DNA from: Bdellovibrionales bacterium
GTDB lineage: Bacteria > Bdellovibrionota > Bdellovibrionia > Bdellovibrionales > DASUEL01
Direction: 5' to 3'
DNA: 26,507 nt
NCBI GenBank assembly: GCA_050250255.1
Contig: JBFWOZ010000042.1
Coordinates: 1 to 26,507, forward strand
Shown here: positions 1 through 7,165 of the stretch, piece by piece
Layout: each line of letters begins with the position of its first letter
How positions within the stretch are numbered: the first letter of the stretch is position 1
The notes under the pieces: model-generated
What the model was told of the DNA's origin: nothing
Databases searched by the model: none
Seen by the model: the letters and a program-made list of their open reading frames with translations, nothing else
Translations under genes and position numbers: made by a program

Positions 1-23
1 AATACGGTAGGTTGTGACATTCT

Positions 24-89
24 GGCCTTTGGCTGAGGGTGAGTTTTTTCTTGGTCGAAAATACTTTTCCCTCGGACAAAGGCCTTTTT
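24..89. terminator. Long imperfect hairpin followed by a T-run, downstream of the 128..1954 gene
   Basis: GGCCTTTG (24-31) pairs with CAAAGGCC (77-84). The stem continues inward as CTGAGGG/CCCTCGG. TTTTT follows at 85-89. Confidence 0.45.
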
Positions 90-127
90 CAATTCTAATC
101 AATGCATTAAACCGGACAGCAGTGGTT

Positions 128-1954
128 CTACTTACAACAGTATTGAACATCATAAGCTGTGCCCGCATCGGTCATTCCGTGTCGAGAGCAGGATTCCGCG
201 CTTGCACGGGTTCCACCAAGAGCGCCGCAAGATTTTAAACACTGGCCATTCTTAGTTCCCCAATGAGGAGACGGTTGCGTGTTTGGATTACAAGCGGGTT
301 GCGTAGGTGAAGGCGCGGGTGATCCCGAAGCCTTACAGCAATAAGCGATGTCGTAGGCTTGGCCTGCATCCACCAAACCATGATTAGAACATGGCGTGGT
401 CATCGCGTGAGTTCCGCCAACAGCTCCGCACGAGCGCAGGCACTGGCCGTTTTTAATTCCCCAATGAGGAGAAGGTTGCGTGCTTGGATTACATGTTGGC
501 TGTGGAGTAGGTGAAGGCGTTGGTGTTGGAGCAGGCGTCGGAGCCGGAGTTCCCGAAGGCTTACAACAATACTGAACATCGTAAGCAGGGCCTGCATCAC
601 TTAAGCCATGGTTCGAGCACGGAGTGTTCGTCGCTTGAGTTCCACCAAGCGCACCACAAGAACGTAAGCACTGCCCGTTTTTGGTTCCCCAAGTAGGAGG
701 CGGTTGGGTGCGCTCATCGCAACTTGAAGGAGGTTGAGGTGGTACAGAATCAGAGACCCACCAATTTGGAATACATCCATCCCAGGTGGCCGAGACGTAA
801 TTTGTTCTTGGAATGGAATCTCCTGAGAAATCCACATTGGATCCTGGAGCGACACTGTAACTGCTCATGCTTTTTGTTCCGCAAGAGGCCGCAAAACTTC
901 CACCCGAATTCGTAACACTGTTATTCGCCAGTCTTAGATTAGCCGTGTGATCGATACTGAATCCTTGCTGGGCATATCTGACCGCATTGTCGTAAACGTT
1001 TCCGCCAAGAACGGGAAGTCCTGTACCTGGGCTTAACCATGCGTCGTTACCGATGTAGATACCAAAACCACATCGACGGCTTGTGCCACAATCAACGGTG
1101 TTGTTATGAACATTTGTTCCGGTGAAATCGCCATTGTGATTGGGAACTCCTCCACCGAGCATGATCCCTGCAAAGGACGATAACAAAAACGATGAGCTAT
1201 GAGTGATCGAGTTGTTACGTACGCTACAATTTTTGCAAGAGAATAAGATAAGATCGACGTCGCTATTATCGCGAATTTCGTTATCTTCAACGGTGACATT
1301 TTCTCCGTTGAGGACGGTGATTCCGTCAGACCAAAGGGAGCCTGTGTGCTGACCATTGGAAACAATAGAATTATTTTTTATAAGTAAGTGAGGGGTTGTC
1401 ATGGTTTGTAATCCAGAACCACACATGGTTTCTTTCGAAACGATATTAGTGACGACGTTGTTCGGGCCATTGATAGAAATGTTAACGCCATACTGGTTGT
1501 TGCCAGCTTTACATTCGTTCCCTCCGATGGCAGAGGTGCGGGCGCTTCGATTTCCATTGATCACAAGGTGATCAAGCCGAGTGTTGGCAGCATCTACAAA
1601 TAGAAGACCGTAGAGTCCTCTTAGTTCAGGGCGACCGATGAGCTCGGCACAACTTGAATCATCGATGTAGTTACATTTCACATCGGTGAACGATCGGCCT
1701 TGGGTTTTAAGTGTGAGAGATTTTCTGATAGCGATTTGCTGACCCACATAGTATTTGCCAGGAGGAAGTTCTAGGGTCCCACCATCAGGAGTCGCATCGA
1801 TACACGCTAGGAGTATGCCACTTGCGTCGTTTTGCGTACCCTGGTACGGAATGAGGCTCGTACAAACTCCTGCAACAGCAAAGCTGTTGAAGAGAGTAGA
1901 GGCTGTTAGGGACACAACAAGCATCGAGACTCTGATATATAATTGATTTGTCAT
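128..1954 (-). CDS. Secreted right-handed parallel beta-helix (pectin lyase-like) protein with three C-terminal Cys-rich repeats
   Basis: N-terminal signal peptide. GGTLELPPGKYY precedes Asn/Gly-rich beta-helix rungs (DGITV..ENVTVEDNEIRDN, SVRNNSI, NVYDNAV). Pro/Thr linkers separate three 54-aa repeats. Confidence 0.85.
   Translation of the reverse strand: MTNQLYIRVSMLVVSLTASTLFNSFAVAGVCTSLIPYQGTQNDASGILLACIDATPDGGTLELPPGKYYVGQQIAIRKSLTLKTQGRSFTDVKCNYIDDSSCAELIGRPELRGLYGLLFVDAANTRLDHLVINGNRSARTSAIGGNECKAGNNQYGVNISINGPNNVVTNIVSKETMCGSGLQTMTTPHLLIKNNSIVSNGQHTGSLWSDGITVLNGENVTVEDNEIRDNSDVDLILFSCKNCSVRNNSITHSSSFLLSSFAGIMLGGGVPNHNGDFTGTNVHNNTVDCGTSRRCGFGIYIGNDAWLSPGTGLPVLGGNVYDNAVRYAQQGFSIDHTANLRLANNSVTNSGGSFAASCGTKSMSSYSVAPGSNVDFSGDSIPRTNYVSATWDGCIPNWWVSDSVPPQPPSSCDERTQPPPTWGTKNGQCLRSCGALGGTQATNTPCSNHGLSDAGPAYDVQYCCKPSGTPAPTPAPTPTPSPTPQPTCNPSTQPSPHWGIKNGQCLRSCGAVGGTHAMTTPCSNHGLVDAGQAYDIAYCCKASGSPAPSPTQPACNPNTQPSPHWGTKNGQCLKSCGALGGTRASAESCSRHGMTDAGTAYDVQYCCK
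131..721 (-). repeat. Three 162-bp intragenic repeats (131-292, 332-493, 560-721), each encoding a 6-Cys domain
   Basis: Translated consensus CxxxTQPxPxWGxKNGQCLxSCGAxGGTxAxxxxCSxHGxxDAGxAYDxxYCCK. Confidence 0.95.
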
Positions 1955-2128
1955 AATATCTTTTCGGTTTTTTTGGTGATTAATAAAAAGATGAGAGATC
2001 TGTTCATCTTTTAGATATTAGAAATGCCGAGTTCGGTTAAATGTAATATACGGAAGTACATCTTTTATTTATTGGGTTTTCAATACGCATATAACTGCAG
2101 GAGTTAAGGCTGGAGGAGCACTATGACA

Positions 2129-2151
2129 CTCGACCTCGACCTCGACCTCGA
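2129..2151 (+). repeat. Hexamer tandem repeat (CTCGAC)x3 plus CTCGA
   Basis: Read directly from the sequence. Confidence 0.85.
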
Positions 2152-2410
2152 ACGCAATCTTTGCATCCATATTTCATCTTAGAAGCGATAAACGAAATTG
2201 TTCGTATATGCATAGTTGTCATACAAAAATTGTGTCTAGATTTCTGTTGAGTCAAATTGGGTAATTTTGTTGAGCCACTTTGTCACATTATCATTTGTTT
2301 AAACCATTATACTGCCATTTGGCACTTTGAAATGTTGGCGCACAGTTTTTGCTTAAATGTTTCATGATGTCGTGAATGAGATGAGATGTAAAAAATAAAC
2401 GGGAGACCAT

Positions 2411-2692
2411 ATGAGTAAAGATAAAAAAGCAAAGAATGCAGTCAATTTTCGTGAAGCAAAAGACGAGGCGAAGTTACAAGCCCATCTTCTAAATCTTGAA
2501 CTTAAAGATGAGTGGGGGCGCCTCAAGAAAGATAAACAAATTATTGAACGAAATTTAAAATCACTTGAGCCAGCCGTTACGGGGGCAGCTACCATTATAA
2601 AAAAGAATTTGGAGTTTGTTGGTAGAAGTTTATTGGAATCCTACAAAAGAATCACATCCGAAATCGGAAACCTTTATACAAGGAAAACATAG
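2411..2692 (+). CDS. Small helical/coiled-coil hypothetical protein
   Basis: GGGAG ribosome-binding site before the ATG; 93 aa with the segment DEAKLQAHLLNLELKDEW; followed by a hairpin. Confidence 0.7.
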   Translation: MSKDKKAKNAVNFREAKDEAKLQAHLLNLELKDEWGRLKKDKQIIERNLKSLEPAVTGAATIIKKNLEFVGRSLLESYKRITSEIGNLYTRKT

Positions 2693-2704
2693 ATATGGTC
2701 GGAA

Positions 2705-2731
2705 GTAGGACCTAAAATTATTAGGTCCTAC
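2705..2731. terminator. 11-bp stem hairpin between convergent genes
   Basis: GTAGGACCTAA-aatta-TTAGGTCCTAC, starting 12 nt after the stop at 2692. Confidence 0.6.
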
Positions 2732-2846
2732 CTTGGGACTGTCGTATATGAGCACATGGGATCTACAAAAGAAAAAATTTAGGTACGGACTCACTTTTGA
2801 GACTCTGAGCGTTTCAAAAGCGTGCCCGTATGTTTGTATTTTTAAA

Positions 2847-3233
2847 TTAAAACTCTGAGCAATCAAGAGTAACGGTGTCGGCATAAGGTGCCCCAGAGTA
2901 CAATTGAACGTAGGCCGTGTATCTACCAGATTTATCAAGTGGCAAAAGTAGATTTACGCTATTCGTTCTGCTTACTTTGTAGCGCTGGTATCTGGCATAT
3001 CGAGCTGTTGGTCGATAGGTTCGATCATAAGCTACGCTTGCTGTACGACGAGCAAGAACTTTATTATCAGCTACATCTTCCACTGTGACGCCAGCGATTT
3101 CATACTGAGCAGCGCGATCAAGCTGTACAACAACAAGATTACCAGTATCTGCACGGCCATAGCATACTACATTTCGTGCAAAGGCAGGTACTGTGAGAAG
3201 TGTGGCAAGTGAGAAAATAAAAAGCGTTTTCAT
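2847..3233 (-). CDS. Small secreted hypothetical protein
   Basis: Signal peptide MKTLFIFSLATLLTVPAFA; AGGGG ribosome-binding site; two Cys, near the N- and C-termini of the mature part. Confidence 0.8.
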   Translation of the reverse strand: MKTLFIFSLATLLTVPAFARNVVCYGRADTGNLVVVQLDRAAQYEIAGVTVEDVADNKVLARRTASVAYDRTYRPTARYARYQRYKVSRTNSVNLLLPLDKSGRYTAYVQLYSGAPYADTVTLDCSEF

Positions 3234-3458
3234 GTAAAACCCCCTAATGGTTTTGTTAATTTACTAAGGAGCCTTTAACACAGCGAGAAATGGAATCAAA
3301 TAACATTCGCTTTTTGATTTTAAAATAGATCGAGTGGTGTTGGTTTGGCTCTTCGAGCTGATGGGCCATATGGTATAAGCGCCGTTTATTTATTCGGAAT
3401 TCAGGATTCAGTATACCTACGGTTCTCCACGGTTGATGGTGGCAGTATTCATGGATGT

Positions 3459-3476
3459 AGGAAAAATGGATGGGTG
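3459..3476 (-). mobile_element. att-like partial copy of the tRNA-Gln 3' end (distal)
   Basis: AGGAAAAATGGATGGGTG versus AGGAAAAAATGGATGGGGTG at 6435-6454. AAAAATGGATGGG (3462-3474) is a 13-bp exact match. Confidence 0.7.
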
Positions 3477-3522
3477 TTTATTCTTCTTCTAAGATATTGA
3501 TTTCATTAGACTATAATTTCAA

Positions 3523-3552
3523 GGTAACCAAAAAGTAACCGTCCTGAAATGC
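3523..3552. repeat. Arm-like site: GTAACC twice at 11-bp spacing, with an adjacent TCCTGAAATGC motif
   Basis: GGTAACCAAAAAGTAACC resembles 4332-4348 and 6305-6321. 3542-3552 is the reverse complement of 4307-4317. Confidence 0.65.
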
Positions 3553-3566
3553 ACTGAAATAGTCGC

Positions 3567-3598
3567 TTTACTTATTATAACCATTTGGTTATAATAAG
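3567..3598 (+). promoter_or_regulatory. Sigma70 promoter of the TA operon overlapped by a palindromic operator
   Basis: TTTACT (3567-3572), 17 nt, TATAAT (3590-3595). Palindrome CTTATTATAACCA-tt-TGGTTATAATAAG (3571-3598). Confidence 0.85.
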
Positions 3599-3603
3599 AG
3601 TCG

Positions 3604-3936
3604 ATGAAAGTATCGTTTTTTACTTCGTTCTCTGGACGTTGTTATGTTGAAGACTTTATTGATGGTTTAAGCAGAAGCGATCAGGCTGCTATTTTAGCTG
3701 TATTAAAAGATGTTGAAGGTTACGGGTTTTCTGCGGTTGGTTGTCAGTTTCGGCAAATTGAAGGCAAGCTTTGGGAAATTAAAATCAAAGCGCCAACCGG
3801 TGGTTACAGAATATTTTATGCGATGCTTTCAAGTTCGGAGATGATGTGTCTTCATGCTTATAAAAAACAAGGACAGAAGGCGCCGAAGAAAGAACTTGAA
3901 GTTGCAAGAAAAAGATTGAAAGAGGTTTTGTCATGA
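3604..3936 (+). CDS. Type II TA toxin, RelE/ParE superfamily (HigB / Gp49-like)
   Basis: Motifs V.DFIDGL, GKLWEIKIK..GGYRIFY and LHAYKKQGQKAPKKELEVARKRLKE. The toxin lies upstream of an HTH antitoxin with an ATGA overlap. Confidence 0.9.
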   Translation: MKVSFFTSFSGRCYVEDFIDGLSRSDQAAILAVLKDVEGYGFSAVGCQFRQIEGKLWEIKIKAPTGGYRIFYAMLSSSEMMCLHAYKKQGQKAPKKELEVARKRLKEVLS

Positions 3937-4232
3937 AAAAGAAATCATTAGATCAGTTGGTCAAAAAATATAGCAAAAATGAAGAGTTTAAAATCGCTTA
4001 CGAAGAAAGACATTTCTATCTTCAAGTGGCTCATTTAATTCGCGATCTGCGAGAGAAAGCAGGTTTTTCTCAAGCCCAAGTCGCCAAAAAAGCTAAAGTC
4101 AGTCAACCGATGATTGCACGTTTAGAGAGCGGGGATAGTCGACGTACTCCAACGATTGATACAGTTCACAAGATCTTGATGATTTTAGGATATCAGTTGG
4201 TGCTGGAAGTAAAGCCTGCTGGGGCTGCGTGA
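3933..4232 (+). CDS. XRE-family HTH antitoxin (HigA-like)
   Basis: IRDLREKAGFSQAQVAKKAKVSQPMIARLESG..PTIDTVHKI; overlaps the toxin stop codon. Confidence 0.9.
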   Translation: MKKKSLDQLVKKYSKNEEFKIAYEERHFYLQVAHLIRDLREKAGFSQAQVAKKAKVSQPMIARLESGDSRRTPTIDTVHKILMILGYQLVLEVKPAGAA

Positions 4233-4267
4233 ACCGTAGAACCCTATGTGACCGGTACGGACCAACC

Positions 4268-4281
4268 AAAAATGGATGGGG
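4268..4281 (-). mobile_element. att-like partial copy of the tRNA-Gln 3' end (middle)
   Basis: AAAAATGGATGGGG is identical over 14 bp to 6439-6452. Confidence 0.75.
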
Positions 4282-4306
4282 CGACGACATGTCACGTAAT
4301 GTCCTG

Positions 4307-4348
4307 GCATTTCAGGATGTTTCAAGTGGTTGGTTACCAAAAGTTACC
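4307..4348. repeat. Arm-like site: ATTTCAGGATGTTTC motif plus GTTACC twice
   Basis: GGTTACCAAAAGTTACC at 4332-4348. 4309-4323 matches 6332-6346 at 13 of 15 positions. Confidence 0.65.
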
Positions 4349-4363
4349 ATCCTACAGTTTCAA

Positions 4364-5008
4364 TTACGGTATTTGAAAGCTTTGCTGTTGTGTCAGATAA
4401 AACTCAACTCTTCTGGTGAGACTAATACCTTTACTTTGTGCATGTAGCGAGTAAAAATATTTCTCTGAAAAGGCTCTTTTAGGATATTTATTAAGATTTT
4501 CTTTGCAAAACTCATATATACGCGCAGAAAAATTTTTTGAGCCGTCGTTTAATACTTGCAAATTTCGCAACTGATTGCATGAGTGTAAAACACTTTGAGG
4601 ATTCCCTTGGTTGTAAAGGGTTAATACTGTTTGCTTGATATGTTCTATATCGTCAAAATACTCGTACTCGAGTTTTGGTCGTGAATTAACAATTACCGTG
4701 TCTATATCTATAGCTTCTTGAAGCATAAAGTCTTTGATGTCGGTTCTAAACGAAGTATAGCAGGGAAAACTCTCTAAATCGGCAACAACCCATAGTCTTT
4801 TGTCATTTTGTTTGTTGTCGTTTAGTAGCCATTTATCCTTAAATAAGGCTGTCTTTATATATGAATCGCTTTTACAATTCCTCAGATAAACTTGTTTGCT
4901 GCCATTCACAATCTCAGAAATATCATCAGCAAAGACAATCCCCTTACTCCTTAATAGGGAGGCAATAAAATTAACTTCGCTAAAACCCTCAACGTAGAAG
5001 AATTCCAT
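4364..5008 (-). CDS. TOPRIM-like protein (DUF4276/RloB/AriB-type), partner of the upstream ATPase
   Basis: N-terminal FFYVEGFSE, then WVVADLE and a later LEYEYFDD. Starts 3 nt after the ATPase stop. AT-rich. Confidence 0.6.
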   Translation of the reverse strand: MEFFYVEGFSEVNFIASLLRSKGIVFADDISEIVNGSKQVYLRNCKSDSYIKTALFKDKWLLNDNKQNDKRLWVVADLESFPCYTSFRTDIKDFMLQEAIDIDTVIVNSRPKLEYEYFDDIEHIKQTVLTLYNQGNPQSVLHSCNQLRNLQVLNDGSKNFSARIYEFCKENLNKYPKRAFSEKYFYSLHAQSKGISLTRRVEFYLTQQQSFQIP

Positions 5009-5011
5009 ATT

Positions 5012-6133
5012 TTACTGAACTGTATACAGCTTAGATTTTGAAATATGTTTTTGATAAATTTCCCAATTCGTCATTTTGGCATCCTGTAGCAGTTTTGCTG
5101 TTTCAGGATTTTCAGTGGGAACTCTTGCATGCACAGCAATTCCTTTGCGGCTAAAAACTCTCCAGTGACTAGGCGAAATAAAGTTACAAGTTACTGGGGA
5201 GTGCGACGAAAAGAAAATTTGTGAATCAGTTGAACGTTCGACTAAATATTCCAATATTGATCCAACATTCTCGTAATCAAGACCATTATCGATTTCATCA
5301 ATGATAATTAATGAGGGTACCTTGCCGGTCACAGAGTCTTTAGAGATCGACAGGGCAATTATTCCCAATACTCTCAGCATTCCCATTGAACAGTCAATTT
5401 GGTTAACGACCTCGCTTACATTTTTTTCAGCAAACCCTAAGATTGGGTATGGAATATTTGGTAAATTTACGGCGACAAAATCCTGAATTTCAAAAAAGAA
5501 TGTTTTAAATGTATTTAGTAATTCTGTGTATAGATGAGGCATGCTTTGCTTCCACTGTAAAACAACACTTCCTAGATTGTTCAAGTTTTCATCTGGAATG
5601 AAGTGACCGGGACCAACAGCTAAATTAGAGGGGTTGTATTTATCGGTACGCAGAAGTCGAACGCCTTCAAAAAAATCTCCTAATTTCTTTATTGTTGGAA
5701 AAATTTTTTCGCTACCTGATATTAACTTGGTTACTGAGTGTTGAGGCGGAAAGAGTTGTTTTACTTGTTTCTTTTCCTGTTCATTGAAGAACTCTTTTGT
5801 CTCCGATGAAAAAAGAACAATATTCTTTGAGGAATTCGTTATTTTTTCTGTTAATAACTGTCCTGGATGTACAGTTAAATCATAGATAATTACTTCATTG
5901 GAATCTATATCTCGGAATGTTAGTTCAAATTTTGCAGTTGATATTATGGATGGCGTTTGGCTGTTTTTTACATGGATGCTTTTTAAAAAACTCAAACGAT
6001 TAAATAGCTGACTCTTGCCGGAGGCATTTTTTCCTATAATTAAATTATAGCGATCGAATTCCACAATACTGTTTTGCCAGTATAAATTGCTACCCTTATG
6101 TTCTTCCATTTTATAAGATGTTAATTCAAGCAA
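5012..6133 (-). CDS. ABC-type ATPase of the AAA_21/AAA_15 (AbiEii/RloA/AriA-like) class
   Basis: Walker A NLIIGKNASGKS; signature-like CSMGMLR; Walker B/D-loop LIIIDEIDNGLD; H-loop FFSSHSP. No transmembrane partner. TTG start after AGGGAG. Confidence 0.85.
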   Translation of the reverse strand: MLELTSYKMEEHKGSNLYWQNSIVEFDRYNLIIGKNASGKSQLFNRLSFLKSIHVKNSQTPSIISTAKFELTFRDIDSNEVIIYDLTVHPGQLLTEKITNSSKNIVLFSSETKEFFNEQEKKQVKQLFPPQHSVTKLISGSEKIFPTIKKLGDFFEGVRLLRTDKYNPSNLAVGPGHFIPDENLNNLGSVVLQWKQSMPHLYTELLNTFKTFFFEIQDFVAVNLPNIPYPILGFAEKNVSEVVNQIDCSMGMLRVLGIIALSISKDSVTGKVPSLIIIDEIDNGLDYENVGSILEYLVERSTDSQIFFSSHSPVTCNFISPSHWRVFSRKGIAVHARVPTENPETAKLLQDAKMTNWEIYQKHISKSKLYTVQ

Positions 6134-6293
6134 ACGAAGCTCCCTGTATATTTCTAAGATATAATTAGAAGAGCCTGATGTTCAAATCTTTATCTTGGTA
6201 GATAGTGCATCATAAACTTATATATGCTGCAGGTTCTAATCAGGTCAACCTCCCGCATCTGAGCAAGTCCCACAAAAAATCGCTTCCAGCGAA

Positions 6294-6346
6294 GTTACCA
6301 AGGTGTTACCAAAAAGTTACCTCGCGCTGAAATTTCACGACGTTTC
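6294..6346. repeat. Arm-like site: GTTACC three times at 11-bp period, plus ATTTCACGACGTTTC
   Basis: GTTACC begins at 6294, 6305 and 6316, about 120-150 bp 3' of the tRNA end. Confidence 0.7.
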
Positions 6347-6443
6347 TTGAAACGTCAGTCGACCTCTAATTCTCTAATCAAATTAAACAAATACACGAAT
6401 CCCTTGAGGGATTTTGAAGGTACTAAAAATGTGCAGGAAAAAA

Positions 6444-6518
6444 TGGATGGGGTGGGAGGATTCGAACCTCCGAATGGTGGAATCAAAATCCACAGACTTA
6501 CCACTTGTCGACACCCCA
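6444..6518 (-). tRNA. tRNA-Gln (anticodon UUG)
   Basis: TGGGGTG/CACCCCA acceptor stem; D-loop AGTGGTAA; anticodon arm GTGGA-TTTTGAT-TCCAC; T-arm GGAGG-TTCGAAT-CCTCC; encoded CCA; 75 nt. Confidence 0.97.
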
Positions 6519-6541
6519 ACAAGAATTGCTTTGAGGGGGGC

Positions 6542-6570
6542 AGATTACGCAGAAGGTGGGAGGTGATCAA
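6542..6570 (-). promoter_or_regulatory. Sigma70-type tRNA promoter with a GC-rich discriminator
   Basis: TTGATC, 17 nt, TAATCT, followed by GCCCCCC, just upstream of the tRNA. Confidence 0.6.
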
Positions 6571-6662
6571 CTCACGACGTCTCGCGTTGTAAAGAGTTCC
6601 TGTTAGAAAGGCGGGCCTTTTTGGGAATTGTAACTTTCTTGTGAGTCTTCCGATGAGACAGT

Positions 6663-7154
6663 GTGGGAAAAATCACGGCTCCTCTTCTATTTCGAAGTTC
6701 ACTTCTCCTTTTAGGTGTTGGGGTTTTACTCAATTATCAAAACTGCGCGCCCGCCGTGCAGTTTGAAAAAGCTCCGCCAAAAATTTCTAGCAAATCATCG
6801 GGTTCGGGGAGTGGTTCAGGCGTTGGTTCTGGCACAACCGGAGGGACAGTTGGTGGATCCGTGGGAGGCTCTGTCGGTGGAAGTACCGATGGCGGTACAA
6901 GCGGTGGATCCAGTGGAGGCTTAACGGGCGGGGGAATTTGCCATGCGGGATTTACGCCGGCGTTTCATGCTTGTAGTTCCACATCAGAATGTTGTTGGGA
7001 AAATGGCGATTACTGTGCAGCTACAGATCAAGATGCTCCACACGGAGCGTGTCGTCCACGTCAAAATCAAGATTGCTTAGCGCAGCTCTACGGAGATCCG
7101 CCGATACCGCCACAGTCCTGGTCTGATGGTTTTGCGATTTGGTTTTGTCCTTAA
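6663..7154 (+). CDS. Lipoprotein with a Gly/Ser linker and a Cys-rich C-terminal domain
   Basis: Hydrophobic leader ending in LNYQNC; (GGS/T-V) low-complexity repeats; 8 Cys in the last ~70 aa. Confidence 0.75.
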   Translation: MGKITAPLLFRSSLLLLGVGVLLNYQNCAPAVQFEKAPPKISSKSSGSGSGSGVGSGTTGGTVGGSVGGSVGGSTDGGTSGGSSGGLTGGGICHAGFTPAFHACSSTSECCWENGDYCAATDQDAPHGACRPRQNQDCLAQLYGDPPIPPQSWSDGFAIWFCP

Positions 7155-7165
7155 TTCATCGTCAA

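Noticed and set aside
131..721. Regularly spaced repeats as a possible CRISPR array
   Set aside because: The units are 162 bp, in frame and vary at synonymous positions, so they are protein domain repeats. There are no cas genes.
4229..4447. 72-aa ORF as a third TA gene or an excisionase
   Set aside because: It spans the att core and arm motifs, overlaps the convergent gene, and shows no HTH or other recognisable motif.
6398..6413. AATCCC-ttga-GGGATT hairpin downstream of the tRNA as its terminator
   Set aside because: The stem is short and lacks a clear U-tract on the tRNA strand, so it is not supportable as a feature.
3234..6443. Integrase or transposase gene for the island
   Set aside because: No ORF shows tyrosine-recombinase (R..HxxR..Y), serine-recombinase or DDE motifs, and the intergenic gaps are too short.
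6347..6592. ORFs 6347..6592 (+) and 6355..6570 (-)
   Set aside because: They overlap the tRNA-Gln and its promoter and are spurious translations.
6795..6935. G-rich repetitive DNA as a possible regulatory or G-quadruplex element
   Set aside because: It is explained by Gly/Ser/Thr codons of the lipoprotein linker.
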